DNA of 64,000 bases from Eledone cirrhosa (lineage: Eukaryota): NCBI GenBank assembly GCA_964016885.1, contig OZ024758.1, positions 33,356,001-33,420,000 of the forward strand. The letters are read 5' to 3'. The notes beneath the pieces are model-generated. The model ran no database searches and was not told the DNA's origin. It saw only the letters and a program-made list of their open reading frames with translations. A program made the position numbers and the translations under genes. Positions 11,749 to 25,404 of this stretch are shown here, one piece after another; the stretch's first letter is position 1; every line of letters begins with the position of its first letter.

Positions 11749-12383
11749 TAAAAGGATCATGAATTTACATTTATATATAAACGCGTGTGTGTCCGTCTGT
11801 GTGCATGTTTGTGTATAAAGACAGAAAATTTTATGAACTTAAAATTATTTTTTGTATTGTTTCGTAGTTGGATAGTCAATATGTATATATTTCACAACTC
11901 TTCCTTAATGTCTTTCCTAATTCTAACTACTGAACTGTGAAGTAAGAATAGAATTTGTATTTTTTATTCAGTGAGGCAAACTAGAGTAAGCTGGATTATA
12001 TGCTCAAAGCAGAGTTACAATAGAATGGCTATTGTTCAGTCTGAACTTATGACATTATGAATAAACATGTCATATATATATATGGTTAATAAACATATAT
12101 TTAGTCTAGCTGTGAAATTAGACACCATAGCTAAACCACAGTGCCTTTGGTGGTTTGAAATGAGGATCAAACCAACTAGACTCGGCTTTTAAAGACGTCT
12201 CATCAGGGATCACTTCTACTTTTTAAAATGTCAAAAGAAAGTAGTATAGAACTACTTATTTAAAATGTGAACAAAATTGTTGAACAGTTCAACTCATTTG
12301 CATAATGGTATATGGTTATCAGCTGAGTATTATTAATATACCAAATACAGTGTTGGTTATAAATAAATCCATATATAGTCAAA

Positions 12384-12470
12384 TTTAGCCTTTTACCATT
12401 TACATTACGTTATAGATACTATTATATTTTCACTGAAAAGGCTTTACCTTACATAATTACCTCATATAAT
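12384..12470. mobile_element. Left part of a piggyBac-like MITE, interrupted by an RTE (remainder at 13752-13783)
   Basis: TTAGCCTTTTACCATTTACATTAC...GGCTTTACCTTACATAATT; resumes AATTATCTCACATTTAAATGCTAAAAAATTAA after the LINE tail. Confidence 0.65.
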
Positions 12471-13752
12471 TTTAAGACCGGATGCCCATGGGAACTCCTG
12501 TATGCTGATGACCTCGCACTTATAGCTGAATCTATGGTAGAATTAGAGAATAAATTCCAAACTTGGATGCAGGGACTAGAAAGAAAGGGTCTCAAAGTCA
12601 ACATGACAAAGACTAAGGTCCTTGTAAGTAGACGAGAAAACAGAACCCAGATCTCCTCAGGGAAATGGCCTTGCTCAGTATGTAGGAAAGGTGTAGGTAG
12701 GAACTCCATTCTCTGCCCCAAATGCAAACAATGGGTACACAAGAGATGTAGCGGGATCTCAGGAAGCTTAATTAAGAATGTAGGCTTCATATGCAGCAGT
12801 TGTGCTGGGGCAGCAAACAACCACAGGAAACAAGTACCACTAATCTCTGGGAGGGCCCTGTAGAAACAGTAGACAGCTTCTGCTACCTAGGTGACCGAAT
12901 TAGCAGCGGAGGTGGGTGTTCAGAAAGTACAATAACTAGGGTAAGAACGGGATGGAAGAAGTTTAGGGAACTACTACCACTGCTAGCTGCAAAAGGCTTC
13001 TCCCTCAAAATGAAAGGCAGACTGTATGATGCGTGTATCCGAACAGCGATGTTGCATGGTAGTGAGACCTGGGCACTGAAGGTGGAAGACTTGCGTAGAT
13101 TAGAGAGAAACGAAGCCTGCATGCTCCGATGGATGTGTAACAGTAACATACGTGAACGACAAAGCATAAATGAATTGAGAGAGGCTGAGCAGAAGAGGAA
13201 TCAAATGCTGTGTGTAGGAGAGGCGGTTGCGCTGGTATGGACATGTGATGCATATGAAGGATGACAGCTGCATAAAAAGGTGCAGAGCACTAGAAGTCGA
13301 TGGAAACCGCGGAGTGGGGAGACCCAAGATGACCTGGGATGAGGTGATAAAAGCCGACCTTACCCAATTACACCTCTCAAAGGCGATGACACACGACCGT
13401 GACCTCTGGCGTCACGCAGTAATACAGAGTACCCGACCTCCCAAGGGTACAAGCTGAAGCATATAGACAATATGCCCCCACACCCTCCACCGCAAGGTGG
13501 TCGTGGAGGTGCCACGGCAAAAAAGCACCCAGCCCACACTGTAAAGTGGACGTGTAGGCACCACGAAAAAGCACCCAGCACTCACTGTAAATGAGGTTGG
13601 TGTTAGGAAGGGCATCCAGCTGTAGAAACCAAGCCAAATCAGTTCCTGTATGAGCAAGGCATGGTCAGCCGACCAGACACTGCCCACAACAGGACAACCC
13701 GTCTAACCCATGCTAGCGTGGAAGAACGGATGTAAAACGGTGATGATGATGA
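12471..13752 (+). mobile_element. 5'-truncated RTE LINE, frameshifted
   Basis: [15 protein letters not shown] at the start, KWPCSVCRKGVG..WVHKRC, HGSETW, RWYGHVM; 3'UTR AGGAAGGGCATCCAGCTGTAGAAA; (GAT)n tail. Confidence 0.93.
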
Positions 13753-13799
13753 ATTATCTCACATTTAAATGCTAAAAAATTAATGAACATATATTTCCA

Positions 13800-14110
13800 A
13801 TCCCATCTAATCCAGGGCCTTCTCACTCCTATTGAAGGAACCCCTTTCTGTTTGGTTTTGGTCATGTCAGGGGCGTAACTGTTCTCACCACTCTTGGCCA
13901 GTTGCGGGTTAGTGAGCTTATTTATCCCATAGTTGGGGGTAGATGGACGTTGATGCTGAGGAGTTCATCCACCCTTTTCAACAGCTCTTGTTTTTTGTGC
14001 TGCTGGGGGTTCCACTTACTACCCCACCAGACCAGTGTCTGGTGGGGAGAGTCAGGTTTAGTCATCAACCACTTGACCATGAAGCAGGTTGTACTTGGTT
14101 ACATGGTACC
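13800..14110 (-). mobile_element. Diverged RTE 5'UTR-like element
   Basis: GGTGGGGAGAGTCAGGTTTAGTCATCAACCACTTGACCATGA..GGTTGTACT resembles the ends of 29458-30015 and 61224-61780. Confidence 0.45.
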
Positions 14111-14249
14111 ATTGAGTCTAGATATATTTAGTTTCACTGAAATTAGACTCCTGGTTAAGCCACAGGGTTTAGGGCTGCTTGGAATAGGAATCAAACTGTT
14201 TCTTTCTTAAAACTCTACAAGGATCAAATAGTATAGTTAATATGAAGTA

Positions 14250-14610
14250 TTGTTGTTGTTGTTCTTCTCAACCCGCTTATTCCTCAGGGGGTCGTAGGGG
14301 CAGAGTCCGCAAATACTCCCTCCAGTGGGTCCTGTCAGAAGCAACCGTCTCCAACTGATTTGGCTGCATCCTGAAGCATCACCAGCCAAGCTCATAGATG
14401 TTCTACACTCATCTTGCTTGGGGCCTGCTCCTGGGCCTCCTACCTGTTGGTTTTGTCCAGTGATTCTTTCCTGAGACATTCTAACCACCTTCCCATAATA
14501 TGGGAGTTGTGATCTCTTCATTTGAGAAGTAGCAGCTCTACTTGGAGTGACTCTCTGATCTTGCACTTTGAGTAATGTTACTCCAAAGACCCTTTGGAGG
14601 AATCCCATTT
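14250..14610 (-). mobile_element. RTE (Expander-like) LINE 3' end with (AAC)n tail
   Basis: MGFLQRVFGVTLL...YYGKVVRMSQER; homologous to 2255 and 63545. Confidence 0.75.
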
Positions 14611-14867
14611 TAAAACAAAGTAATGTTTTAACCCAATTTATATCATGATATTTTAGGCATATTATTCTCTTTCTACTGCATTGTACCAGCTTTCTGAAAC
14701 TTATCAGTCATTTATTCTATTAGGATCATTTACCTCTGCTTTCCAAGATGCTAAAACAATAACTTTGGAGTTATTGTTGTTATATCTATTTATAGAATGA
14801 TTCCTAAAGCTGACAATGTTTACAGTATTCCTGTAAGGTGCATTATTAGCTATGGATGATGTAATGA

Positions 14868-15500
14868 TCTTCTTGTCGTGTCCACAAGAGTATCAGCTAC
14901 AAAACTTGGCTAGATGTGGTTCCACCACAGCTGAACACATTGCTATCCTTTCTCATTAAACTCTACCAAATCCAGTGCTGAGCAGGGGTGTTCCAGCAGG
15001 AGGCATATCAGGAGGTGCCTGCATAGTCTGTGGTTCGATGCCACAGTTATACACAACATTCCCATCCTTTAAATATCCCCATTTTGCAAGAGTGACTTTT
15101 GCATGTCCAACACCAGATCTTAGTCTGTTGAGGCATTTCAACACTGCATAGTTTGTATCTGCTCCAGGGGGCAGTGCCTCGCTCACCTTTAGCTCCATTG
15201 TTGTTACAGATGGGAGGTTGTTAAGGTTTTCTTGCCTGTGAGTGATTCTTTCACTACTTATACTTGATGTTTCAAGGGGTGTGACGCTCTTTAGGAAACT
15301 TTTCCTGAATTTAAGGCGGCTTTTGGCTGGCACATGGCCGAAGAGAGGATGTTTTTGATCTGTAGTCTGTTGTTGACACTCTTGCTTGCTTACATAATTT
15401 GTATCTGCTCCAGGAGGCAGTGCCTCACTCGCCTTTAGCTCCATTGTTGTTACAGATGGGAGGTTGTTAAGTTTTTTTTCCCAGCGAGTGACTCTTTGAT
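14868..15500 (-). mobile_element. Second copy of the Ingi/Vingi-like LINE 3' fragment
   Basis: Near-identical to 925-1460; carries an extra ~110-bp duplication of the LNNLPSVTTMELK..GADTNY segment. Confidence 0.75.
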
Positions 15501-16287
15501 GTAATGATAGAACAATGCAACACAAGTACTGTAATTAATTGATTTCTAGCTCATTTGTCATACCTAATGCAAGTCAACAGGTGGTGTTTAACTTTGGTTA
15601 TCATTTTATAGAATAAAGATGTTCTATCTGGATGGGATGGTTGTTTATCATAAATTAACTTGGATTTATTTTCCAGCTTGGTAAACTAGTTAAGTACCAT
15701 AATCAAAGACAAGAGAAACTCTTCTTGCAGAATATTAACACCCAATCCCATTTACAAAGCACTTATGGTACCAACTTGTACTTGGCTATTATGTTTTATA
15801 TATATATAAATTCCATATAAATTGAAATTTTTTTTTTTTCCTTTATCTATTTTAGTTCTTTAGATTTCTCGATAGTTAATCAATAACTGCTTTCAGATCT
15901 AATATTTTTTTCCTTTGAATATTTGTAGAAAATAATTATATAAAACTGAGCTTGTGCTAGATTATTACTAGTGCAGAAATATTCTAAAGAAAATTTGGAA
16001 TAATGTTGTCTAACTCTGACCTAAGAGGTTATAACAAAAAAAAATGACAAAGGATAGAAAGATTTGGAGAGAAGCCATATTGTCTGGCTAACTAGGCATA
16101 AAATCAAGACTGTGATGATGATATGTATACAACAGTAGATGTAATTAAGTCAATTTCAATCTTTTTAGTTTATTTAGTCATGGGGGCTGAGTTTATAAAG
16201 CTAAAGTATATTTATAGGTTGATTGTTGAATTATTAAATATTTACTTGCTAAACTGCTCATATTCTTTTATTATCTCAAATACATAA

Positions 16288-16495
16288 AGGGCAGTGGATT
16301 GGCAGTATCATTAGTGCATTGGACACCATGCTTCGTGGCATAGAGTTACGTCCCTTTATGTTCTGAGATTAGCTTTGCCTTTCATCCTTTCAAGGGCCGA
16401 TAAAATAAAGTACATGTAACACACTGGGGTCGATTTAATCAACTTTATCCTCCCCCCAAATTGCTGGCCTTGTGCCTAAATTGGAAACCATTATC
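16288..16495 (+). mobile_element. tRNA-derived SINE (OR-like)
   Basis: GGCAGTGGATTGGCAGTATCATTAG head and TTTGCCTTTCATCCTT..GATAAAATAAAGTAC core. Confidence 0.8.
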
Positions 16496-16537
16496 TCCTT
16501 TACAAACAGATTTGTTGCTATTCTTTTTACACCTAAT

Positions 16538-16753
16538 TTAACTCTTTACCATTTACATTATTCTATATATACTATTGCATTTTCACAGTAAAGGCTTTAC
16601 CTCACATAATATCGTATCTATGAGATTTTGATATTATTTATTTTGAGAACAATACCTTAACATCAGTATGAGTGGCTAGTAACGGCCAGTTTGAACAGAA
16701 AGAGGTGAGAGAATTCTGGCCAGATACAGCTGGTTCCAATGCTAAAGGGTTAA
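16538..16753. mobile_element. piggyBac-like MITE
   Basis: TTAACTCTTTACCATT ... AATGCTAAAGGG-TTAA. Confidence 0.85.
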
Positions 16754-16881
16754 AATAGGGGTTAAACCTTTTTCGAGGTGTGCTGGATTGGTTGGAAATT
16801 TTTGTTTTGTAGTACAAGGTGAATAAAAAATGAAAAACCATTGTCATACAAGGCTATGGAAACAGAATATTTTTAATTACT

Positions 16882-17092
16882 TTAACCCTTTAGAATTTAC
16901 ATTATATATACTATTGTACTTTCACGGTAAAGGCTTTATCTCACATAATATCGAATTTATGAGATTTTGATATTATTTATTTTGAGAACAATACCTTAAC
17001 ATCAGTATGAGTGGCCGGTTGCAGTCAGTTTGAACAGAAAGAGGTGAGAGAATTTTGGTCAGATACAGCCAGTTTCAATGCTAAAGGGTTAA
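16882..17092. mobile_element. piggyBac-like MITE
   Basis: TTAA-CCCTTTAG ... CTAAAGGG-TTAA. Confidence 0.88.
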
Positions 17093-17531
17093 TAATTTTA
17101 ATTACAAGCATTTAATGTAAAATAAAATAAATGTTCTTCCACTGGTGATATAAATAACAACCAAAACAGCAGGCATTTCTTAATTCCATAACATTGTTTA
17201 ATTACATTAATAAAAATATTCCTTTCACAAATACAGCAAGCTCAGAATAAAATGAAGGAACTAGAACAGTGAAAATAACAGAAAACTGGAGTTACAACAT
17301 CAAGAACATGATGGGAGAAAATAAATAACATTATATAAAGTAATTCAAGACAAATGCTTTCGACTCGGTATATAATGTCATAAGGAAAACATTGTTTCAA
17401 TTTGATATCAGTTTGGATAAACCAGGAAAACAAAAAATTTTCTTAAGCAAAGTCACATATTCAAACTCTTAACAGAAAATATCTAAAAATGTGTGTGTTA
17501 ATTTATATGTTTATAGAATGTTTACTAGTGT

Positions 17532-17800
17532 ACGGCAAATTAGCGGAATCGTTAGAACGTTTAATAGAATGCTTTGAGGTATTCGTTCTGGCTTTGCCTT
17601 TCACTCTTTTGAGTTGGACAAAATACCAGCCGAGTATTGGGGTCAATTTCTTTTCTTGTATATCTCTCCCATCCTCTCTCTCCTTCTTTGGAAGAAATCG
17701 GTTGTGTTTAAACCTTAAGAAGAGATGGGCTCCGCTAGGTTTAGTGTGCTCAAGATGGTGCCTCTGTGATTCCATCAGGAGTTATGGTCCATGCTTAGAT
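17532..17800 (+). mobile_element. Degenerate OR-like SINE
   Basis: GCGGAATCGTTAGAACG head; GGAAGAAATC..GATGGGCTCC tail as in the copy at 2941. Confidence 0.65.
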
Positions 17801-18331
17801 CCTTACTAGTGGACAGATCATTGTAAAGATTTTTAATGTGATGCAGTAATAGTGCTGTTTTATACTTTTCAAGAATGTCTTGCTAATGTGGTTTCTTGTG
17901 ATACAGGGTGTTAAGAATTAAACTGCAGACCAGATTTTGTCAGAAAGTCAGTTTCCTAACTCATGATTTACACTGTTGATCAGAGCAAATAATTCTGTCT
18001 ATCAATCAGATACTTTTCTCAAGTTCTACTATGTAGCCAGAATAGCTATTTATATTTGACTGTCTGATTAACAAAATGTTAATGCTTAAAACTAACTGTA
18101 TGTAAAAACAAATCCATTTACCTAGCTGAGTATATTTATACTTGTTAGTCTCTTTCAGTTGCATATTAACTTTTAGACTATAATAGTACAAACATAATCA
18201 TATTTAAATTTTGACGAAAATTAAAATCGAATATTAAAATGAAAGTGAAAATTTTAATGAAAATAGATAGCATTTTCTAAATTTTTATTAGGATATTTTA
18301 ATTCTTTGTTCAGTATAATCATTATCAGTAT

Positions 18332-18952
18332 TTAACCCTTTAGCATTTACATTACTCTATATATATACTGGAGGCACATGGCTTAGTGGTTAGAGCATTG
18401 GCCTTGCAATAGAAAGGCTGTGAGTTCAATTCTCAGACCGGGTGATGTGTTTTTTCCTTGAGCAAGACACTTTATTTCACATTGCTCCAGTTTACTCAGC
18501 TGTAGAAATGAGATGATAGGGACTGGGGTCGCTATCATTCCACTGCAAAGTGGTCGTGGAGGTGCCATGGCAAAAAAGCACCCAGCCCACACTGTAAAGT
18601 GGACGTGTAGGTGCCACGGATAAAAAGCACCTAGCACTCACTGTAAATGAGGTTGGTGTTAGGAAGAGCATCCAGCTGTAGAAATCAAACCAGAATCAGT
18701 TCCAGTCCCACCCTTGCAAGCAGGGAAAAGCAGATGTAAAATGATGATGATGATGATACTATTGTATTTTAGTGTTTTTGTGATACAGGTTTCATCTCAC
18801 ATAATTATCTCACATAATATAAAAGCAATGAGATTTTGATAGTATTTATTTTGAGAACAATACCTTATCATTGGTTGGTTAGGGTTGGTTGGAACAGAAA
18901 GAGGTGAGGGAATTCTGGCCAGATATGGCCAGTTTAAATGGTAAAGGGTGAA
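18332..18952. mobile_element. piggyBac-like MITE interrupted by a SINE
   Basis: TTAACCCTTTAGCATT at left, AAATGGTAAAGGG at right; split at 18370-18757. Confidence 0.8.
18370..18757 (+). mobile_element. tRNA/CORE SINE with an RTE-derived 3' tail
   Basis: A box TGGCTTAGTGG, B box GAGTTCAATTC, CORE-like CCTTGAGCAAGACACTT; 3' half matches the RTE 3'UTR at 13490-13750; (GAT)n tail. Confidence 0.9.
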
Positions 18953-19084
18953 ATATTTAAAAATGAGAAGTTTTATGTAATAAATCTCATGGCAGTTTCT
19001 GGTGGTTTTGTCTCAAAAGGGTTCTAAATCTGTTTAGTTGGTATTCAACAATCACACATTCACGCAGTGATGTTCTGGATATTT

Positions 19085-19246
19085 CTATTTTCATGGTAAA
19101 GGCTTTATCTCAGATAATTTCGAGTCTGAGATTTTGATGATGATATTGTTTATTTTAAGAACAATATCTTAACGTCAGTATGAGCTGCTGGTTACGACTG
19201 GTTTCAAAACAGCCAAATACAGCCAGTTTAAATGGTAAAGGGTTAA
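19085..19246. mobile_element. Partial piggyBac-like MITE
   Basis: TTTTCATGGTAAAGGCTTT ... AAATGGTAAAGGG-TTAA. Confidence 0.75.
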
Positions 19247-19789
19247 TATCGATTTTCTGTGCTGACATGGGTTAGACAGATCACGTGACCATCTCTCACT
19301 CATAAGTTCTCTTTTTGACTTGGCTTTCTTCACAACATGGCCTGGGATCTTTTTTTTTTGTCTTCTGCACTTCTCTTTTTCAAGGTGGACTGGGTGTTTT
19401 TTGTTGTGGCACCCACATGACCACCTTACAGCATGTGTGTATATATATCATCATACATAAAAATTAATGTAAGCACAAAAGGTGAAAATAATGCAGTAAT
19501 TCATAATTATACTTATTGCACATCTAGTCTAGGCTGAATGTTCTAGAATCATTAAGCCTGGAGGGTCAACTGCTAAATCAGTGTTGATAGAAGAGTCAAG
19601 AGATTTTGACTGAACCAGTGATTGTAAACTACTGATGATTGAAGTCTTGATTTTCATGTTTGATAAAATTAGCAAACATTGTTGTAATTTGTTTCAGAAT
19701 TTTATTTTTACTTGTTTTACCTTTGAGCATTATGAATTGTTACAATAGTATAGTATAGTTAATACAAAGCATTGTGGGATATGTAATAA

Positions 19790-20185
19790 ATGGCTAAGTT
19801 TCAGAAAGTTGGTAGAATGTGGTAGAAATGTATAAAGGGTAAAAGATGACAAATAAAACAAAACAAAGCAATGTTTTACCTAGTATATTTCAACATAATA
19901 TTTCAGGGTTATTACTCTCTTTTCAAATGTAATAGCCCTGAAATATCACGTTGAAATATACTGAATAAAACATTGCTTTGTTTTGTTTTATTTGTCATCA
20001 TCATCATCATCGTCGTCGTTTAACGCCTATCTTCCACGCTAACATGGGTTAGACGGGAATTGTCCCACTTGAGGCAAGATTGGTTGGGTGACCGTGTCTT
20101 GCTCGTATAGGACTATTTTGTCATCCTTTGATTTTTATATATTTCTACTGCATTGTACTAGATTTCTGAAAATTTATCAGTCATT
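19790..20185. mobile_element. Foldback (long inverted repeat) element interrupted by an RTE 3' tail (19995-20115)
   Basis: Arms centred near 19920 (GATGACAAATAAAACAAAACAAAGCAATG.. and its reverse complement); TTTGTCATC is duplicated around the RTE tail. Confidence 0.7.
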
Positions 20186-20289
20186 TGTTTCAATAATAAT
20201 TTTAAACTCTGGTCATCTTTACTCCAAATTTTATACTTGTCCATTGATGCAAGCCAAAATAGTCATGTACGTCTTTCTATAGTCATATT

Positions 20290-20515
20290 TTTGCCTTTCA
20301 TCCTTTCGATAAAAAAAGTACCAGTCTTGTACTGAGGTTGATTCTTCTTTTATGTCTCTTTCTCACTTGCACTCACTCTATCCTTCTCTGGAAGAAATCT
20401 CCTGTATACAGATCTGGAGAGGAGATGGGCTATGCCAGGTTTTAAAATGCCCTAGAAATGCTGTCTGTCAATGTGACACCCCTACAACTCCCCAAGTATT
20501 TATGGGTCCATACAT
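20290..20515 (+). mobile_element. 5'-truncated OR-like SINE
   Basis: TTTGCCTTTCATCCTTTCGATAAAAAAAGTACCAG core; tail ends GGTCCATAC. Confidence 0.75.
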
Positions 20516-21382
20516 TCATAGTCATATTTAGATTACTAAGTATGTTTGTTCTTTAAACCTTTTGATACCAACCCACCCAAAACTGCCCCTGGTTTTATAA
20601 AACAAAACAACCCCTTCTAAAGGGTTTATACTTGAATTAAAACATTTCCAATCTAATTTTATAATTTAATATATCCTTCACAAATTCTTCAATAATTAAT
20701 TGAAATACAAAATATTTCACTAGAAATACGGTAACAAAATTCCTAATTTCTTTCCTAATCACTCGTAGATTTGCCAATTATCGTTTACAAATACTGGAAA
20801 TTGACCATATTTTCTATAGACTTTTTTTATTTTGTACATGTCTATAGATTTATTTACTTGTTCAGCTATTGATATACCCAGTTATGCCTAACATTCATTG
20901 AAGGTTTTTCAATTGTGTGAATATATACTTGCAGCCTTTAAAAACTGTAATCAATTTGTTTTTCACACTCATTTTCCCTTATTTTTTGCTTCCTATTATT
21001 TGTTTGGTTTTAAATGCTGACTACTGAATTAACAGCTGAATGTCTTTGTTGCCAGCTGAATATATTTCTGCTATTCAGTCAGTTCTGATAACCATTCATA
21101 GAAATGCTCTGAAATTAAATAATGTTTTCTTTCCATCCAATTGATGCTTTTCCTAACTAAAAGAAACCGAGTTTGTCCTGGCTTTCTCTAATATTCTAGT
21201 GAAGTAATCTATTTTACTTAAGTGTTTAAAGGATTTCTTACAATTTATTGTATTTCTGCAAACTGATATTTTTCATTACATCTAACTTAACTACTTTTTA
21301 TCCAGAAAATAGCATGTTTTTTTAAAAATTTTTTTGAGAGGGCTACAAGAATGTATATAGGACATTAAATATTAAAAATAAG

Positions 21383-21790
21383 GGCTTCTGATTTAGACAA
21401 AAGGCCAACAATTTTAGGGAAGTGAAAGTTGATTAAATCGGCCTGAGTGTGTTACTGGTACTTTATTTTATTGACCCTGTAAGGATGAAAAGCAAAGCAA
21501 ACCTTGGTGAGATTTGGACTCAGAATATATAAGGGCCATAACTCTATGCCATGAAGCACGGTGCTCTACGCTCTACCAATACTTCCCCCACCCCATGTTA
21601 AAAATAATTGTTTCTACTTTTGGTACAAGGCCAGCAATTACCCCAGTGCATTACTGGTACTTTATTTTATGGACCCCGTAAGGATGAAAGGCAAAGAAAA
21701 CCCGGGATTTGAACTGTGGATGTAAAGGGCCATAACTCTATGCTGCAAAGCATGGTGTCTAATGCTCTACCGATACTGCCAATCCACTGC
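21383..21790 (-). mobile_element. Two tandem OR-like SINEs
   Basis: Two copies of CTGGTACTTTATTTTAT..CCCGTAAGGATGAAAGGCAAAG (reverse core). Confidence 0.8.
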
Positions 21791-22075
21791 CAATGTTAAA
21801 AATAATAACAAAGTTATTGTAATATTATCTTGGATGTATCAATTAGTCCTTAATATTTCGGGATAAAATCCCTTCATCAAAATTCCACCTAATTTGGAGG
21901 TGGATATTTTCTGTTCTGGCATTTTGAGACAATGCTTCAAATAAATTACAACAGACTACTTTTATACATTTAATCTCTTATAATTATTTGTTTGTCAGTG
22001 GAGGTGCCCCAGCATGGCCTTGGACTGTCGACTGGAATACGTAGTACAGTAATAGAGTAATTCATATAAGTAAAC

Positions 22076-22270
22076 TACCAAAGTTGGCTGAAAAGTTCAT
22101 AGGCTGACTATGAAGGAGTGATGCTAGAGCTGTGAAATCTTGCATGCATTAATTTCAACTCTTATTAATAACTGCATTGTTTCTTTCTAGGGACTGTTGA
22201 AAAATAAACCTCATTTGGTCATTCCATGAGAGTATCTTGGTCAGATTATGAACTTTTAAGCCGACCTAAT
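22076..22270. mobile_element. Mariner-type MITE
   Basis: TIRs GGCTGAAAAGTTCATAGGCTGAC / GTCAGATTATGAACTTTTAAGCC; second copy at 61800. Confidence 0.75.
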
Positions 22271-22821
22271 CTTTAGCTGGTATTGTTTCACTTGATATCG
22301 AAAGAAATGTCAGTAAAGTAGATATTTGATGGAAAAAAACATCCACTAACCTTTTCATGGGATTAGAAAAATAATAGAAAGGATGTGCAAGATGGCATAA
22401 AAATGTGAATAGATGTGATACAGACACAGAATCTTTAATATTAGTGTTGGTCTGGTGTACTGTTTAAGAACACACACACCACGCAATAACATGAAAGAAA
22501 ACGTGCATATATTCATGCACGCATATATACACACAAGTGTCGTCAACTGAGATAACAGTAAATGCTTATAGCATTTGTACATTTACAATTTCTTTTCATC
22601 TGACATTCATTTTGATGAATGAAATCAACTTATATGAAAATATATATTCCTTTTCTCAAATCTTTTTCTTTCTTTATTCTAGAATTAATACAATATTTAT
22701 TGCTATATTTATTGTGTTGGGGTATGTTACTCTAATGAATGCTTTTAGTAAAATACAAGTGTAGTGAATTCATTTTTTTTTTATTAGTAATACATACATA
22801 TTTTTATTAATAGCAAATAAT

Positions 22822-23360
22822 AATTGTTTCTACTTTTGGCACAAGGCCAACAATTACTCCAGTGCATTACTGGTACTTTATTTTATCAATCCTGTAAGGA
22901 TGAAAGGCAAAGTTAACCTCGGTTGGATTTGAATTTAGATCATAAAGGGCCACAACTCTATGCTGCAAAGCATGGTGTCATATTTTCACAATGCCAGTAA
23001 TTTGTTGGATGGGGAAAGCTGATTACATTGACCCTAATATTTAACTGGTACTTTACTTTAACAACTCAGAATTGAGTCATAAGAAATACCACAAAAGAGT
23101 TGTCTAACGCTCTACTGATTCTTCCAATCCATCACCCTCTTGTAATAGTGGTTTCTGATTTAGGCTCATGGCTGGCAATTTTGGGGCAGGGTAAGTCAAT
23201 TAAATGGACTCCAGTATGTTACTGGTATTTTATTTTATTGAGCTCGTAAGGATGAAAGGCAAATTTAACCTCGGCGTGAACTCAGAATGTAAAGGGTTGT
23301 AACTCAATGCTGGGAAGCAAGTTGTCCTCCAGTCTACTGATACTGCCAATCTATCACCCT
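22822..23360 (-). mobile_element. Cluster of two to three OR-like SINEs
   Basis: Repeated reverse core GTAAGGATGAAAGGCAAA with partial heads. Confidence 0.75.
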
Positions 23361-23548
23361 CTTGCAATAGTAATAACTGATAAAATGGCTTTATGGATAG
23401 AATATTGAACTAGTAGCTCATATGTTATAAGTTTAAATCCTGTTGAGCTGGTTTGTTGAATCTCTCTGGAGAAAATTACTAAGTGTCTTGAATTCATTTC
23501 ATTACAGAAAATAGCTACCAGATCTGGAGAAAGTTTATCTGTGATAAT

Positions 23549-23777
23549 TTAACCTTTTATTATTTACATTACTCTATATTTACTATTGTATTTTTATGCT
23601 AAAGGGTTTATCTTACATAATTATCTCACATAATATTAAATCTACAAGATTTTGATGTAATCTATTTTGAGAACAATGCCTTAACATCAGTATGACCAGC
23701 CAGTTATGGCCAGTTTGAACAGAAAGAGATGAGAGAATTCTGGCTGGATATGGCTGGTTTAAATACTAAAGGGTTAA
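23549..23777. mobile_element. piggyBac-like MITE
   Basis: TTAACCTTTT ... CTAAAGGG-TTAA. Confidence 0.82.
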
Positions 23778-23889
23778 GATCTTATCTTGATGAATATTAA
23801 TTTGTTTGTTTAACACAAAATACTTTGCAATTAAGAAACAGCTTTATCATTTTGTTCTTCATGGTAGGATTAACTTAAGATTTTAACTC

Positions 23890-25386
23890 GTAATATCATG
23901 TACCACATGAAACCAGTAATATCATGTACCACATGAAACTGGTAATATCATGTACCACATGAAACTGATATCATGTACCACATGAAACTGGTAATATCAT
24001 GTACCACATGAAACTGGTAATATCATGTACCACATGAAACTGATAATATCATGTACCACATGAAACTGGTAATATCATGTACCACATGAAACTGATAATG
24101 TCATGTACCACACGAAACTGGTAATATCATGTACAACACGAAACTGGTAATATCATGTACCACATGAAACTGGTAATATCATGTACCACATGAAACTGAT
24201 AATGTCATGTACCACACGAAACTGGTAATATCATGTACCACACGAAACTGGTAATATCATGTACCACATGAAACTGGTAATATCATGTACCACATGAAAC
24301 TGGTAATATCATGTACCACATGAAACTGGTAATATGTACTACATGAAACTGGTAATATCATGTACCACATGAAACTGGTAATATCATGTACCACATGAAA
24401 CTGGTAATATCATGTACCACATGAAACTGATAATATCATGTACCACATGAAACTGGTAATATCATGTACCACATGAAACTGGTAATATCATGTACCACAT
24501 GAAACCAGTAATATCATGTACAACACGAAACTGGTAATATCATGTACCACATGAAACTGGTAATATCATGTACCACATGAAACTGATAATATCATGTACC
24601 ACATGAAACTGGTAATATCATGTACCACATGAAACTGGTAATATCATGTACCACATGAAACTGGTAATATCATGTACAACACGAAACTGGTAATATCATG
24701 TACTACATGAAACTGGTAATATGTACTACATGAAACTGGTAATATCATGTACCACATGAAACTGGTAATATCATGTACCACATGAAACTGGTAATATCAT
24801 GTACCACATGAAACTGGTAATATCATGTACCACATGAAACTGGTAATATCATGTACCACATGAAACTGGTAATATCATGTACCACATGAAACTGGTAATA
24901 TCATGTACAACACGAAACTGGTAATATCATGTACTACATGAAACTGGTAATATGTACTACATGAAACTGGTAATATCATGTACCACATGAAACTGATAAT
25001 ATCATGTACCACATGAAACTGCTAATATCATGTGCTACATGAAACTGATATGTACTACATGAAACCAGTAATATTATGTACTACAAGAAACCGGTAATAT
25101 CATGTACCACATGAAACTGGTAATATCATGTACTACATGAAACTGGTAATATCATGTACCACATGAAACTGGTAATATCATGTACCACATGAAACTGGTA
25201 ATATCATGTACTACATGAAACTGGTAATATCATGTACAACACGAAACTGGTAATATCATGTACCACATGAAACTGGTAATATGTACCACATGAAACTGGT
25301 AATATCATGTACCACATGAAACTGGTAATATCATGTACCACATGAAACTGGTAATATCATGTACTACATGAAACTGGTAATATCAT
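23890..25386. repeat. 26-bp minisatellite (about 57 units)
   Basis: Unit GTAATATCATGTACCACATGAAACTG, with 23-bp variants. Confidence 0.97.
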
Positions 25387-25404
25387 ACAGAACTGTTTCT
25401 GGCT

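Noticed and set aside
18370-18450. tRNA-like sequence with A and B boxes (also at 42157, 59830, 60740)
   Set aside because: No proper acceptor stem; it continues into the SINE body and is multicopy, so it is a SINE head.
23890-25386. CRISPR-like array of hairpin repeats
   Set aside because: Units are head-to-tail with no unique spacers, there are no cas genes, and the context is eukaryotic.
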